In this document: piece after piece, positions 19,696 to 30,404 of the stretch
How the letters are laid out: every line of letters starts with the position of its first letter
How positions within the stretch are numbered: the first letter of the stretch is position 1
NCBI GenBank assembly: GCA_047602425.1
Contig: JASGHG010000001.1
Span: 1,664,001-1,728,000, forward strand
Reading direction: 5' to 3'
Length of the DNA stretch: 64,000 nt
Origin: Nibricoccus sp.
GTDB taxonomy: Bacteria > Verrucomicrobiota > Verrucomicrobiia > Opitutales > Opitutaceae
Translations under genes and position numbers: made by a program
Notes under the pieces: model-generated
The model's database searches: none
The model's input: the letters and a program-made list of their open reading frames with translations, nothing else
What the model was told of the DNA's origin: nothing

Positions 19696-20808
19696 TTATT
19701 TGAAGATGCTGACCTGGGACGCGAGGGCTTTGCCCGAAAAGTCGAACAGCGCCTGATTTTCCCAGTTATTTCCCGATGACGAGTTGGTGTTGTCCCAACC
19801 ATTTCCAGTCACAGGAGTCCAAGTGGCATCCCAATAGAGGAAGCCGGCGCCGCGGTTGTTGGGCACAGCGTTGAGGACGGATTTAATTGCGTTAATCATG
19901 CTGGTCTGGCCGGTGACAGTGGCTGGGTAACCGCTAACGAGTTGGGACGAAAGCCCGATGTTATTCGCCATGCTGTCGCCCGCAGCGAGCGTCCAGGGAT
20001 AGGCGCATTCGGCGACGAGAACCGGTTTGCCGTAACGGCTCGCGGCATTGTTGAGGGCGGACTGCAAACCGCTGAGCGAACCATGCCAATAGGGATAATA
20101 AGAAACCGCAGTGTAGTCCCACCAAATGCCCTGCGCTTTCACACCGTCGAACCACCATTTGATGAGCTCCCAGTCGCCGCCTTTGGCGATATGAAGAACG
20201 ATTTTGGTGTTGGCGTAGGCCGCCCAGGCGCCGTTGCTGCCGGAGCGCAAGAGCTGGGCAAGGTTGGCAAAACTATTGCCATTGGTGGAAATGCGTCCGG
20301 TGGACCAGAGCATGCCGTCGTTGATTTCGTTGCCAATCTGCACGTAGGCAGCGGGTGTGCCCTGATCGACGAGCGCCTTGCAGATCTCGTAAGTGTGGTT
20401 GTAGACGGCGGTGTTGAGCTGGCTGAGTGTGTAACTGGTCCAGGCGGTTGGTTTGTTCTGTTTGCCCGGATCGGTCCACGTGTAGGAGTAGTGGAAATCG
20501 ACCAAGATCTCCTGACCCAGCGCCTTGGCACGCTTGGCGATTTGGAGTAGTTGCGTTTTGCCATGATAGCCGTCAGGCGAACCGATCCAGACGCGAATGC
20601 GAACGGTGTTGCAGCCGGCGTCGCGAAGGATTTTGAGGGCGTCAGCCTGGGCGCCGGACGAGTAGTAGTATTTGCCGCCTTTATCCTCACTCTTGCGAAG
20701 GGAGGAACAATCGGCGCCTTTGATCCAGATCGTGGCGGAGGCGGAAACGGCGGAAGCGAGCGCAATGAGAGACGCGGCAAGCAACCGCGGGAGTATGCGG
20801 ATTTTCAT
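19696..20808 (-). CDS. GH53 endo-beta-1,4-galactanase, secreted
   Basis: Signal peptide; KGADCS, RIRVW, DFHYS..W.DPGKQ, VQIGNEI, SYYPYWHG, VAECAYP, WENQALFD. Confidence 0.93.
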   Translation of the reverse strand: MKIRILPRLLAASLIALASAVSASATIWIKGADCSSLRKSEDKGGKYYYSSGAQADALKILRDAGCNTVRIRVWIGSPDGYHGKTQLLQIAKRAKALGQEILVDFHYSYTWTDPGKQNKPTAWTSYTLSQLNTAVYNHTYEICKALVDQGTPAAYVQIGNEINDGMLWSTGRISTNGNSFANLAQLLRSGSNGAWAAYANTKIVLHIAKGGDWELIKWWFDGVKAQGIWWDYTAVSYYPYWHGSLSGLQSALNNAASRYGKPVLVAECAYPWTLAAGDSMANNIGLSSQLVSGYPATVTGQTSMINAIKSVLNAVPNNRGAGFLYWDATWTPVTGNGWDNTNSSSGNNWENQALFDFSGKALASQVSIFK

Positions 20809-21064
20809 GTGCGGGTGGGGTTGGGGTTTGAGACCGGCCGGAAAGACTGTATCCAGTATTTCACGACAGAGGGGTATGAACAAAAACTAACAGGGGTATG
20901 GGCGAACAGATCGGCGCACTTTCCAGGTTAGTCAACTGTTTTAGTAATAATAAAACTGTTTTATTTTAATGGGGAAATTTTTCCTCCTTGAGCGTCGTCC
21001 TATCACCGCCTGAGACGGCACTTTGCGCTTTCCTGCGAAGCAAATGAGGCTTCTTGTTTTATCC

Positions 21065-22954
21065 ATGATTCGCGCTTTTCAATGGGACCTCGCAAGGCAG
21101 GTTGAGCGACTCGATGTGTTGCTCCGCCTGCTTCCGTTCTATGCGGAGTGGGGTTACGATGAGCTGTATTTGCACCTCGAAGACGCCGTCGAATACCCGA
21201 GCCTGCCGAAAGTGGCGAGAAAAGATGCGTATTCAACGCGGCAAATGACCGAACTGGTTAAAACCGCCACACAGGTCGGCATCAAGGTCGTGCCGATCGT
21301 CAATCTGCTCGGCCACACGCAATATCTCATCAAGACCGAGTCACTGCGCGATCTGAATGAATTGCGGGCGGAAGATGGTTCGCCCCTGGAGCGCGGACAA
21401 ATTTGTCCACTGCACCCCGGCACAATCAAGGTGGCGGACAAACTCCTGCGCGACATGGCGCCTTTTTGCACGGCGGGCAAGGTGCACGTCGGCCTCGACG
21501 AGTCGTTTCACCTCGGGAAATGCCCCCGCTGCCGCGCGGAAATCGCCGAACGTGGACTGGCCGCGCACTTCGCCGGTCACGTCGACCGAATGCATACGCT
21601 CGTGAGTTCGTTGGGACTGCGCATGGGAATTTGGGCGGACATGCTGAACTTCGTGCCAGAGGCAATTCCCCTGCTGCCGCGCGATCTTATCGCCTACGAC
21701 TGGTATTATTATCCTTTCAAGCGACACCCGCGTGTGGAGTTGTTCAATTTCGCCGAAAGCGATCTCGCGACGCCACTTCGCGGCCATGGCATCGAGTATT
21801 GGGGCTGCCCGATGAACGGCGCGTTCCGCTACGAACCGTTGCCGGTTTTCGGCGACCGGCTGGAAAACCTGCGTTCGTGGTGGCGGCGTTGCAAAGAAAC
21901 CGAGGCGGGCGGTTTGCTCGTGACGTCGTGGGAAGCGTATCGCCTCGCGCTTGAAATGACCACGGTGGTCGACGCAGCTGCGGCTTCGCTCTGGCTCGAC
22001 GGCGGCGCACCCGCGGACAATGCGGATTGGCTGGAACGGGGATTTGCGAGGGTTTTTGGAAAAAGCGGTGCGAAGACCTCGGCGCGCGCGGCCCTGGCGT
22101 GCGATAAGTATCCATTTTCCGGTTATGCACGCTGGGAAATCAATGACCGCTGGAATGGCGCTGTCTACAACCGGGATAGCGGGGTAAAATTGTTCGGAAA
22201 ACTCGCCAACAGGGAACTTCCGAAACCGCTCGCCGCGAGCGTGGCGTTTCGCGGCTATCTGGCGCAGCGGGAAGCATTCGTCGCGCGTTGCGTGGGCGCT
22301 GTTTCTTGGCTGAGGCGGAATGCCGTGCGCACGGCGTTCGTTCCGCGCCTACGGCAACTTGAGGCGGAGGCAAAATCGTTTTCGAAAGTCATCGCTGCGG
22401 GCCGCAACGCAGCCCGTGCAATGTGGGAGCTCACGCGAGATCGCCGCGCTCGCGGCCAAAACGAAGCGATCGTCGACGCAGATGCCGCCCGGCTTAAAGC
22501 GTGGACGAGTTGGCTGCGCGCGCTCCGGCGTGATCACACAAAAGCCTTCGTCGCCTCGCCTGTTTTTGGTGCATGGCAACTGATTTTCACCGTGCACAAT
22601 TTTGCCCCTGCGTTGCAGCGAGTGGTTGTTTCCCAACAAGAGTCAGACGGCTCTTGGCGGGAACTTGCAGCCCGGCATACGATCGAGTTTCAGGCCGAGG
22701 CCGCGCAATCGCGCACCGATTTTCGACGACCCTTCTCGGCACCAATCGATTCAGAAAAGGCAGTATTGAGAATCTCCATACATGGGCTCGGCCAAGTCGC
22801 AATCGAGGGCATAGTGCTGACAGATGGCGTGACAACATTGCGGCCGAAAGGCGTGAAACAACGCCTAATCCTCGGAAAACGCGCTCCTCGCGCCGGCTTC
22901 CCGGATATCGCAGCGGAGCCGGGCGAAGAATCGATCCTGGTGCTAAACTTCTGA
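21065..22954 (+). CDS. GH20-like glycoside hydrolase
   Basis: QWDLAR, YLHLED, VVPIVNLLGH, HVGLDE (matches the GH20 HxGxDE catalytic motif), IWADM. Confidence 0.75.
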   Translation: MIRAFQWDLARQVERLDVLLRLLPFYAEWGYDELYLHLEDAVEYPSLPKVARKDAYSTRQMTELVKTATQVGIKVVPIVNLLGHTQYLIKTESLRDLNELRAEDGSPLERGQICPLHPGTIKVADKLLRDMAPFCTAGKVHVGLDESFHLGKCPRCRAEIAERGLAAHFAGHVDRMHTLVSSLGLRMGIWADMLNFVPEAIPLLPRDLIAYDWYYYPFKRHPRVELFNFAESDLATPLRGHGIEYWGCPMNGAFRYEPLPVFGDRLENLRSWWRRCKETEAGGLLVTSWEAYRLALEMTTVVDAAAASLWLDGGAPADNADWLERGFARVFGKSGAKTSARAALACDKYPFSGYARWEINDRWNGAVYNRDSGVKLFGKLANRELPKPLAASVAFRGYLAQREAFVARCVGAVSWLRRNAVRTAFVPRLRQLEAEAKSFSKVIAAGRNAARAMWELTRDRRARGQNEAIVDADAARLKAWTSWLRALRRDHTKAFVASPVFGAWQLIFTVHNFAPALQRVVVSQQESDGSWRELAARHTIEFQAEAAQSRTDFRRPFSAPIDSEKAVLRISIHGLGQVAIEGIVLTDGVTTLRPKGVKQRLILGKRAPRAGFPDIAAEPGEESILVLNF

Positions 22955-22961
22955 CGTAAAC

Positions 22962-22988
22962 AAAAAAGGCGCCGATCACGCGGCGCCT
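22962..22988 (-). terminator. Rho-independent terminator downstream of the TonB receptor
   Basis: AGGCGCCG-loop-CGGCGCCT with T run on the minus strand, just after the shifted-frame stop at 23010. Confidence 0.7.
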
Positions 22989-23009
22989 CGAATCGAGCGT
23001 CGGAGCGTT

Positions 23010-25972
23010 TTAGAATTTTATCTCTGTACTGACGTAGTACAGGCGGCCAACCGCGCCGTACGTGGCTACGTCGGCGCCGGCATCGCGCTCGTGCTCGGGA
23101 AAGCCTGCGGAGCGGGAGGCGGCAGGTGCCCGGCAACGTTGTTAATGCCAGCACGGATCGCGATGTTTCGCGGAATATAGAAGCGAGAGTAGCCGAGCTT
23201 GAAATCGTAACTTGCGCTCACGTCCCACGAGGTGAAGGAACCAACGCGGGTGCGTTTCAACGTGGTGCTGTTGGCAAAAGTGGAGCCGCCCGTACCCAGG
23301 TCGTCGACTGCGGGAATGTAGGTGTGGCCGAGGTTGATTCCCCAACCGGCTTTGCTCCAACTCAAGTGCGAGTAAAAATGGTATCCAGGCATCGTGCCTT
23401 CGGTGGAGGTGGTGAGTCCCGCGTATTCGTAGGCAGGTTCGGAGGGCAGTGCCTGGATTTTATCGTCGAGGAAGAAGGTGCCGGTGGTGCCAACTTCAAA
23501 TTGTCCAATGGCAAACGCGGGCAACACGTAGTCGATGCTAGTGTCGACCGTGCGCACGACGGCGCCCGTGTAATTCCGTCGAAGATCGTTGATCATGATT
23601 TGATTCGTCGCGCCGCCCGCATCGAGAAATGCGCGAATCTGTCCAACGGTCGTGATCGGCGCGCCGTTGAGTGTCACAAGGTCCGCATAAGGCGAACCTG
23701 TGCCGAGCTGGTTTACATTTTGCACGATGGTCACGCCACCGACGGTGCCGACCAATCCGTTGATCTGGAGATCGAGATAATCGACGGAAATGCGAAGGCC
23801 AGGCAGAACCTTTGGTACAAGCACAAAACCCACCGACTCGGAGCGCGAGGTGGAGGGCCTGAGGTTGGGATTGCTGCTGACGCGCTGAATACCCTGGCGG
23901 CTCACGCCATCACCGTAACCCAGCGCTGCCGACAGGCTGGAGGAGTTACCCTGCGTAGCCGGTCCGTACATCGCAAAAAGCGTCGGCGCAGCAAAACCTT
24001 TTCCATAGGTGCCGCGGAAAGTGAGTTGCTCATCGAATGGCTGCCAGCGCACACCATATTTCGGCACGCGGGATACGCCGGACTCGTTGAAATCCTCCAT
24101 GCGAAACGCGACGGTAAAATCGAGCGCGTGAGCGAGGAACGCCTGCTGTTTCGGACTCGCGACGGGTACATGAAGTTCGGCAAAACCCGAACGCACGAAA
24201 CGGGATTGGTCAATCGGATCAAAAAAAGTGCCACCACTCCAACGCTGGCTCGTGGGCCCGGTGTTGCGGGAATTGTCATCTGGCATGCCGGCGAGCTTTT
24301 CGTCGCGATAATTGCCTCCAAGGGCTAGTTCGGCCTGACCGGCCGGCAACAGGTCGAACTTCCCGCGCAATACGAAGTCGACGGAATCCAATCCGCTTTT
24401 CAGATCGGCGCGGGCTGTACCCAGAACATTGGCCAACGCCGCGGGATTAATAGCCTCAGGACGAGCGAAGGGATCGAGGGCGGGCTGCAGCACAGTATTA
24501 TCCGTGGTTCGTTGAGCCGCATAAAAAGCCTGAATTTGCGCGGCGGTGGTCACATTCGTCGGCAATGCAGGAGCCGAGAAATCTTTATAGACACGGCTGT
24601 AGCCACCGCCGGATAGCACATTCCCATTCGCATCATAACCGCCACGTACCGCCAAATCGAGATTCGGGCTGTACAGGACGTTAGCTGTGCGTGCAAGAAT
24701 GCGGTTCTGGCTTCGGCTGTAAGCCAGTTCCCAATTCCAATCAGGCGACAAGATACCTTTTAGACCCGCAGTCACGGTCGCTTCGTGGGTGAGCATTCGA
24801 TATATGCGCGGCGCCGGGATGTAGCGAAAATTGACGCCAGGCACGCTCGCGTTGATTGGATTGTAAGGCGTGTCGTCTGCAACCGTGAAGCTAGTCGCCT
24901 GAGCCGGCAGTTGCGTGGAGGTGTTGGCGCGCGTGAAAAGCACATTTCCGAATGCCTCCAGCCGTTTGTCGAAAAGGCTATAAGTGAGGCCGGTGTAGGA
25001 TGACGATTGTTCTTTCGCGGCATTCAAGGTCACGGCAGGAGCCAAATTGATCTCGCTCGCTCCCGAGACATACGCGCCCGCGGTGACCAGCGCGTTCATG
25101 TTGGCGGCAGTCGCACCCGGACCGGTGACAACCAATTCCCGCGGAGAATTAATCGCAGGTTTGAGATAATAGGTCCCGGCAACCACGGCATTCGTGGAAG
25201 TGACGACGCCCGAGAAGTTCGGGGCGAGCGCGACGTTGCTAAAAGGCCGTTGGTCCTGGAACAGCGGCGTGTTTTTCGAATATTCGCCGGTGACAATCAC
25301 ACCGAGCCGGCCCTGCTTCACGCCGCTCACAAAATGGGCAGAGCGTTCCGAATAGTCGCCATCAGCGGTCGAGAAAGCATAGCGATCGCCGACTTCCGCG
25401 CCATTAAACGCACTCTTGAGAATCACGTTGACCACGCCGCCCGTTGCATCGGATCCGTAAACCGCCGACGCACCGTCGGTGAGCACCTCGACGCGTTCAA
25501 TCGCCGCGAGAGGGAACTGACTGACATCGACAAAGCTGATACCGTTGCGGGCGTTTGCACCGTTGGTGGCCAGCCGCCGGCCATTCAACAACACCAGCGT
25601 GCCGGAGTTATGGAGGGAAACGCGAGCGCCGCCGTAAGTGCTGGTGACTCCCGTGCTGGCGTTGGAAAGGCCAATGTTGCCGGAACCCGACAGCGCGGGA
25701 ACTTGTTTGCGCAGCACCTCGAGCAGGTTCGTCGCAACCCCTCCGCGTTCGATGGCGTACCGCGTAACAATTGTCAGCGGAGCCGCGTCGCGCGGCATCG
25801 TCAGGCTGGAACCGGTGACTAAATAACGGTCGAGTTTAACGACGTCCTGCTTGTCGGTGGCGGACGCCGGTTCGGTTTGGGCTGCCCCAGAAAGTACGGA
25901 GCTGACCGCTGCCGCGATTACGCTCGCGATTCGGGCAAAGTGAGGGAGTTGAAGAGGCTTGTTTGTTCGCAT
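23010..25972 (-). CDS. TonB-dependent receptor, with an apparent frameshift near the C-terminus
   Basis: Signal peptide, TonB-box-like LVTGS, plug TLVLLNGRR...IERVEVLTDGASAVYGSDA.GGVVN. The canonical end ADVATYGAVGRLYYVSTEIKF* lies in another frame. Confidence 0.88.
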
Positions 25973-26159
25973 GGTAGTCAAACGGATGGCGCGGAGGTGG
26001 CGCACCACTGGCGCGCCACCGCCAATCCACATGAAATTTACAAACCAAACCTAACCGAAAGACCAACCGAATTTTGCGCTAAATGTATTATTCAGGGCAC
26101 TACGGACGGACCTTACGGTAAGATCGCCGGAATTATTGAAAACCCGGCCTGCCTAAAGG

Positions 26160-26645
26160 TTAAGGCAGCTTCGCCGCCGCGACTTTGGCGGACTGGGCCG
26201 CGCGGTAGTCGTCGAGCGCTTTTTTCGTTTTCGGGTCGTTCAAGGCCAGCATAGCCACGGCAAAGAGCGCGGCATTGACCGCCCCGGCTTTGCCAATCGC
26301 AAAAGTCGCGACCGGTATGCCGCCCGGCATCTGCACCATTGAGAGCAACGAATCGAGACCTTTAAGCGACGCCGATTCCATCGGCACGCCCAATACGGGC
26401 AAGGCCGTCAAGGCCGCCGCAACGCCTGCGAGGTGCGCCGCGCCACCTGCGGCCGCGATCACGCACTTGAGCCCACGCGCCTCGGCGCTGGTGGTCCATT
26501 CGTGCATCAATTGCGGCGTGCGATGCGCGCTGATCACGCGTTTCTCGTAGGGAACACCGAGCGCATCGAGCGTCTGCGTGCAATGCTGCATCGTTTCCCA
26601 ATCTGATGTGCTGCCCATGATAACTCCAACGAGTGGTTGTGCCAT
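26160..26645 (-). CDS. purE: N5-CAIR mutase
   Basis: VIMGSTSD, SAHRTP, AGGAAHLAG, SMVQMPGGIPVAT. Confidence 0.97.
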   Translation of the reverse strand: MAQPLVGVIMGSTSDWETMQHCTQTLDALGVPYEKRVISAHRTPQLMHEWTTSAEARGLKCVIAAAGGAAHLAGVAAALTALPVLGVPMESASLKGLDSLLSMVQMPGGIPVATFAIGKAGAVNAALFAVAMLALNDPKTKKALDDYRAAQSAKVAAAKLP

Positions 26646-26726
26646 AATGCCGCCCAGTTAGTGAACCACTTTCATGGCTTCAACCGTGAAAACCATTTTT
26701 TCGGCAAAAAAGATGCGTGCTTCCGA

Positions 26727-27191
26727 TTACTCGCCCAGTCCCAGCAGGTGGCGTAACTTCAGATCTTCGCGCAACCGCTCTCGAAGCTCTGTCCGCAATG
26801 ACTGCCAGGCCCACGCGTCGAAATGCGGCGTTCCCCTCGCCCGCTCCAACTCGTTCCAGGCCCGCAATAGCGTCGCAAATTCCTCCACGTGCGCCGTCGA
26901 GCCGCTCCCCTTCCCGCGAAATTCGCTCTGAGACTCGTCGGCCGCGGCATCCCCTTCCGCCCACTCCATCGTCGAACGCTTCCGCAAAAATGCCTGCAGC
27001 ACCAAGGCAACAACGCCTGCGCCCGCAGCCATTATGAAACAACCCATTTCGCCCCGACAAACTCCGACAAACGCCATTCCCGTGCATAAAGCCACCGCGC
27101 TCAGATATCCCGCGCAGGCCAATCTCGCCAGTACCACGCCCCAGTCGGTCGAAGTTAGGCTTGCGTGATCGGGTGCGGCGCGATTCATCAA
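26727..27191 (-). CDS. Hypothetical two-TM membrane protein
   Basis: Fills the gap between purE and the lipoprotein gene; two hydrophobic segments followed by a charged helical tail. Confidence 0.55.
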   Translation of the reverse strand: MMNRAAPDHASLTSTDWGVVLARLACAGYLSAVALCTGMAFVGVCRGEMGCFIMAAGAGVVALVLQAFLRKRSTMEWAEGDAAADESQSEFRGKGSGSTAHVEEFATLLRAWNELERARGTPHFDAWAWQSLRTELRERLREDLKLRHLLGLGE

Positions 27192-27300
27192 ATCCCTGTA
27201 AGCACCTTCGGTGCCATCGCCGAGCCGCTTGCATTACATACGTCCTGACCTTGCAGCATTGAACTTTTCCCCCACCACGGGGTCCACTAAACCTTTTACC

Positions 27301-27705
27301 ATGACCAAGACCATAGCTCTGTCCTCCCTCCTTGCGCTCGCGCTCGCCGGCTTTTTCAGCGGCTGCCGCACCATCGATTATGACAACTCCGGCGGCAACT
27401 ACGCCGTCTTTCAACTCGGCGAATTTAAAGGCCTGGTGAACACCAAGGCGCCCGAAGCGGCGGAGGCCGTCAAAAAAGCCGTGCAGCAACTCGACCTCTT
27501 TCAAACCTACGCCGTCGTCAACAAGTACGAAGCACAGGTCCTCGCCCGCACCCGCAACGATCAAAAGGTTCGCATCAACATCGAGGAATCCAACAGCCGC
27601 CAGACACTCATCCGCATCCGTTGGGGCGAAGGCGGCGACTACGGCAGCTCTCGCAAACTTTTCGACAAAATCGATGCCATCCTGCTCGCCGGCGGGGTGA
27701 AATAA
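27301..27705 (+). CDS. Lipoprotein, DUF3568-like
   Basis: Lipobox FSGC after a hydrophobic signal; C-terminal TLIRIRWG..GD..SSRKLF pattern. Confidence 0.7.
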   Translation: MTKTIALSSLLALALAGFFSGCRTIDYDNSGGNYAVFQLGEFKGLVNTKAPEAAEAVKKAVQQLDLFQTYAVVNKYEAQVLARTRNDQKVRINIEESNSRQTLIRIRWGEGGDYGSSRKLFDKIDAILLAGGVK

Positions 27706-27733
27706 TCCGCGTAGTACGCATTCAAATACTCTC

Positions 27734-27762
27734 GGCCCGGCCTGAAACGCCGGGCCTTTTTT
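27734..27762 (+). terminator. Rho-independent terminator
   Basis: GGCCCGGC-loop-GCCGGGCC followed by TTTTTT. Confidence 0.85.
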
Positions 27763-27792
27763 GCGCGCCGTTTTCCCGGCGCTCCATTTTTC

Positions 27793-28650
27793 TCAGCTCA
27801 TCTTTTCGATCCGCGCCGCTACGTCAGCCCGCAACCGGTCGACGTAGCCAAGCGTGTAGTCGCGCACCGAAAGCTTGGGATCGTTCACCAACGGCGTCAG
27901 ATCCATCGTCCAAGTGATGCCCTCCAGCCGGTCCGTCGCGTGCGAGGTATGAAACGTCGCGTTGGCCAGCCGCCGCCCCACCGTCGCGAGGTCGTAGCGT
28001 TTGCCACCGGCGATTTGCGAATCGAACTCCTTCAACATTTCCGCCGCTAGCCCCGGTCGGCGCCCGGAATCGAGCGCCACCTTGTCATCATCGAGCAGCC
28101 AGTCGAGGTCGCGCCAAACCTCACAACCCAGCACGCGGACCGGACGCCGCTCCGCCGGCATCGCGCGCAAAACTTCCAGACTGCGCAACAAAACGCCGAT
28201 GTGCGTATCGTGTTTGTCGGCCGGATTGTGGAGGTAAATCACCTCCGCCTTGCAGCCGTTTAAAATCGTCGCCAAGTCGCTGCGAACTGGTTCGGCTTCC
28301 TTGGAGGATTTTACCAGCGCGCTCGGATGCGCCAGCTGGATTTGAATTCCATACCGCCCGCGTTTCGCTGCGCGACGCTGCTCGTCGCGACGGACTTCCT
28401 TCATCTGTTCGTCGATATAATTAGCATAAACCCCCGAGCGCGGACTGCCCGCGCCATCCGTCACCACCACGCCACCGAACCATTTCCCAGGGGTTTCCAG
28501 GCAATCGACGATTCCCGCGTGAGCCATGATCTCGATGTCATCCTGATGCGCCGCGATGCAAAGATGCGTGACCTGCGCCAGCGCCACCAGCGGAGACAGG
28601 CCATCGGGCACGAAGATGTCGGCGGCGGGTTGGAAAAATTTCACGACCAA
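27793..28650 (-). CDS. PIG-L/LmbE-family deacetylase
   Basis: AAHQDDIE, VVTDG, RRDEQ, HNPADKHDTH. Confidence 0.88.
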   Translation of the reverse strand: MVVKFFQPAADIFVPDGLSPLVALAQVTHLCIAAHQDDIEIMAHAGIVDCLETPGKWFGGVVVTDGAGSPRSGVYANYIDEQMKEVRRDEQRRAAKRGRYGIQIQLAHPSALVKSSKEAEPVRSDLATILNGCKAEVIYLHNPADKHDTHIGVLLRSLEVLRAMPAERRPVRVLGCEVWRDLDWLLDDDKVALDSGRRPGLAAEMLKEFDSQIAGGKRYDLATVGRRLANATFHTSHATDRLEGITWTMDLTPLVNDPKLSVRDYTLGYVDRLRADVAARIEKMS

Positions 28651-29522
28651 AGTCTGTTTGGATAATCGCCTTTTTCAACCAGTGCGTTCAAGGCCGCGAC
28701 CACGCGCGGCTTGTCCTCGCGATACGTCACGCCAAACCAGTTGCTTGTCGTCGGCAGCACCTTCACCGCCGCTTCCTTGCGCGCGATCAAATCCGAAATC
28801 GAGCCGGGCAGATAAAATTCCGCCTTCAATGGATTCTGCGGCATCGTCTCGGTCAAAAACGTTCGAAAGCGCTCGTCGAGGCGTGGAAAAATTCCCGGCG
28901 TAAAACCCCAGCAGTTCATCGAAACAATCGTCTCGCCTGCGAATTTCCGCCCAAAACCAACCTCCGTCGGCAAAATGCCGGTGTGCTCCGTTACGCCCTG
29001 CAGCGCGCCGTCGCTTGCCACCTGGCAAACGCCGCGCGACACCGCACCATTTTCGGAAAGCGTATTTGCCAGATGAAAACCAACCATCGCTGCACTCGTG
29101 CCGGTGGCGTTTTTTAAAAATCCGGCGAGTTGCCTGAACGAATCCGCGCCATAAAAATCGTCCGCGTTGATGACTGCGAATGGCTCGCGCATCGCCTCGC
29201 GCGCGCACCAAGTTGCGTGCCCTGTGCCCCAAGGTTTTTCGCGTCCGGCCGGAACGGCAAAGCCCGCCGGCAGCGCGTCGACCGATTGAAAAACATAATC
29301 AACCGCGATGCGCCCAGCGTATTTCGCGCCAATTTGCTCGCGAAACATCTTCTCAAAATCCCGCCGGATCACGAAAACCACGCGGCCAAAACCGGCGCGC
29401 AACGCGTCGAATACGGAATAATCGAGAATGGTTTCGCCCGACGGTCCAACCGGGTCGATCTGTTTAAGACCGCCATAGCGGGAGCCCATGCCGGCAGCGA
29501 GAACAAGAAGCGCAGGTTGCAT
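28641..29522 (-). CDS. Sugar-phosphate nucleotidyltransferase family protein
   Basis: LAAGMGSRYGGLKQ, REKPWGTGHA, VINADDFYG, EFYLP, WFGVTY. Confidence 0.9.
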   Translation of the reverse strand: MQPALLVLAAGMGSRYGGLKQIDPVGPSGETILDYSVFDALRAGFGRVVFVIRRDFEKMFREQIGAKYAGRIAVDYVFQSVDALPAGFAVPAGREKPWGTGHATWCAREAMREPFAVINADDFYGADSFRQLAGFLKNATGTSAAMVGFHLANTLSENGAVSRGVCQVASDGALQGVTEHTGILPTEVGFGRKFAGETIVSMNCWGFTPGIFPRLDERFRTFLTETMPQNPLKAEFYLPGSISDLIARKEAAVKVLPTTSNWFGVTYREDKPRVVAALNALVEKGDYPNRLWS

Positions 29523-29748
29523 CCCACCAAAAAAGCCGCCGCCGCCCCCCGGCGCAACCCAGATATATCGCCACCGCCTCCACCCTTCACCAACACCCAT
29601 CGAAAGCCGTCACCCGCCTGCAAACATTAGTTCTCCCAGATAGTTGGTCACGTATTACGTGATGGCGTGGGCGAAACTCTGATAAATAACGAGGTGCTCT
29701 TCGTGCCGTTTTTCGGCGGGCGGGATATGAAGGCGCAGGGGGCTCGAA

Positions 29749-30342
29749 CTATTTTCCCAGGCGGCGGAGAGCTTTGTTGATTTTTTCCACGTCGCAATGG
29801 GTCGAGTCATAGGCGGGACCGAGCCATTCCAGCCATTCGCGGCCGAGGTCGGTATCCGGCTCCTTGATACAGGCGAGCATGTCGTGAAAAGCTTCCAGAC
29901 CGCCGCAATCCTCGGGTGGGCCGGCGCGTTCGCCCGCGGTGCAGGATGGGTAGGCAACGCCTTTTTCGACCGCGACGGTTTTCTCCACACGAACTTCCAC
30001 CTGCCACCCTTCGCCAAAATTGTAGGCGTAGTGCAGCCGGTCGCGCGAGGCGAGGTCCAGGTCGGCCAGCGTGACGTCGCGATCGTCCTCGATCACTATC
30101 TCATCCTTACGCAAGGGATTTCCAAAGCGAAGATCATCGATGACAAATTCGTGGGTTTGATAGTCGTACCAGTCAAAAAGCACTTGAATGCTGTCGTGCA
30201 GACGGCTTAGCCACATCGTTTCACGAACCAACAATCTCCGCCAGATCCGCGGGGTGCATCCGACCACGCTCAGCCGCAACGAAAATGCCTTTTCCTGCGG
30301 TTTCTTGACGGGCGAGCCTTTGCCTTCGTGCAACGAGATCAT
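29749..30342 (-). CDS. pRiA4b ORF-3 family protein
   Basis: IWRRLLV, LHDSIQ..F.W.DY..HEF, Y.YNFGEGW, PPEDCGG. Confidence 0.9.
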   Translation of the reverse strand: MISLHEGKGSPVKKPQEKAFSLRLSVVGCTPRIWRRLLVRETMWLSRLHDSIQVLFDWYDYQTHEFVIDDLRFGNPLRKDEIVIEDDRDVTLADLDLASRDRLHYAYNFGEGWQVEVRVEKTVAVEKGVAYPSCTAGERAGPPEDCGGLEAFHDMLACIKEPDTDLGREWLEWLGPAYDSTHCDVEKINKALRRLGK

Positions 30343-30404
30343 GGACGTGCAGTGTTAAACGGCCACGCCCCCGTCATGCAAGCCAAGCATCCGTCCCGCG
30401 CCGC

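Noticed and set aside
25973..26159. Cobalamin or TPP riboswitch upstream of the TonB receptor
   Set aside because: I could not find the conserved core motifs by eye.
29749..30342. pRiA4b ORF-3 gene as evidence of a plasmid or mobile element
   Set aside because: The family is often chromosomal, and no integrase, transposase or flanking repeats are nearby.
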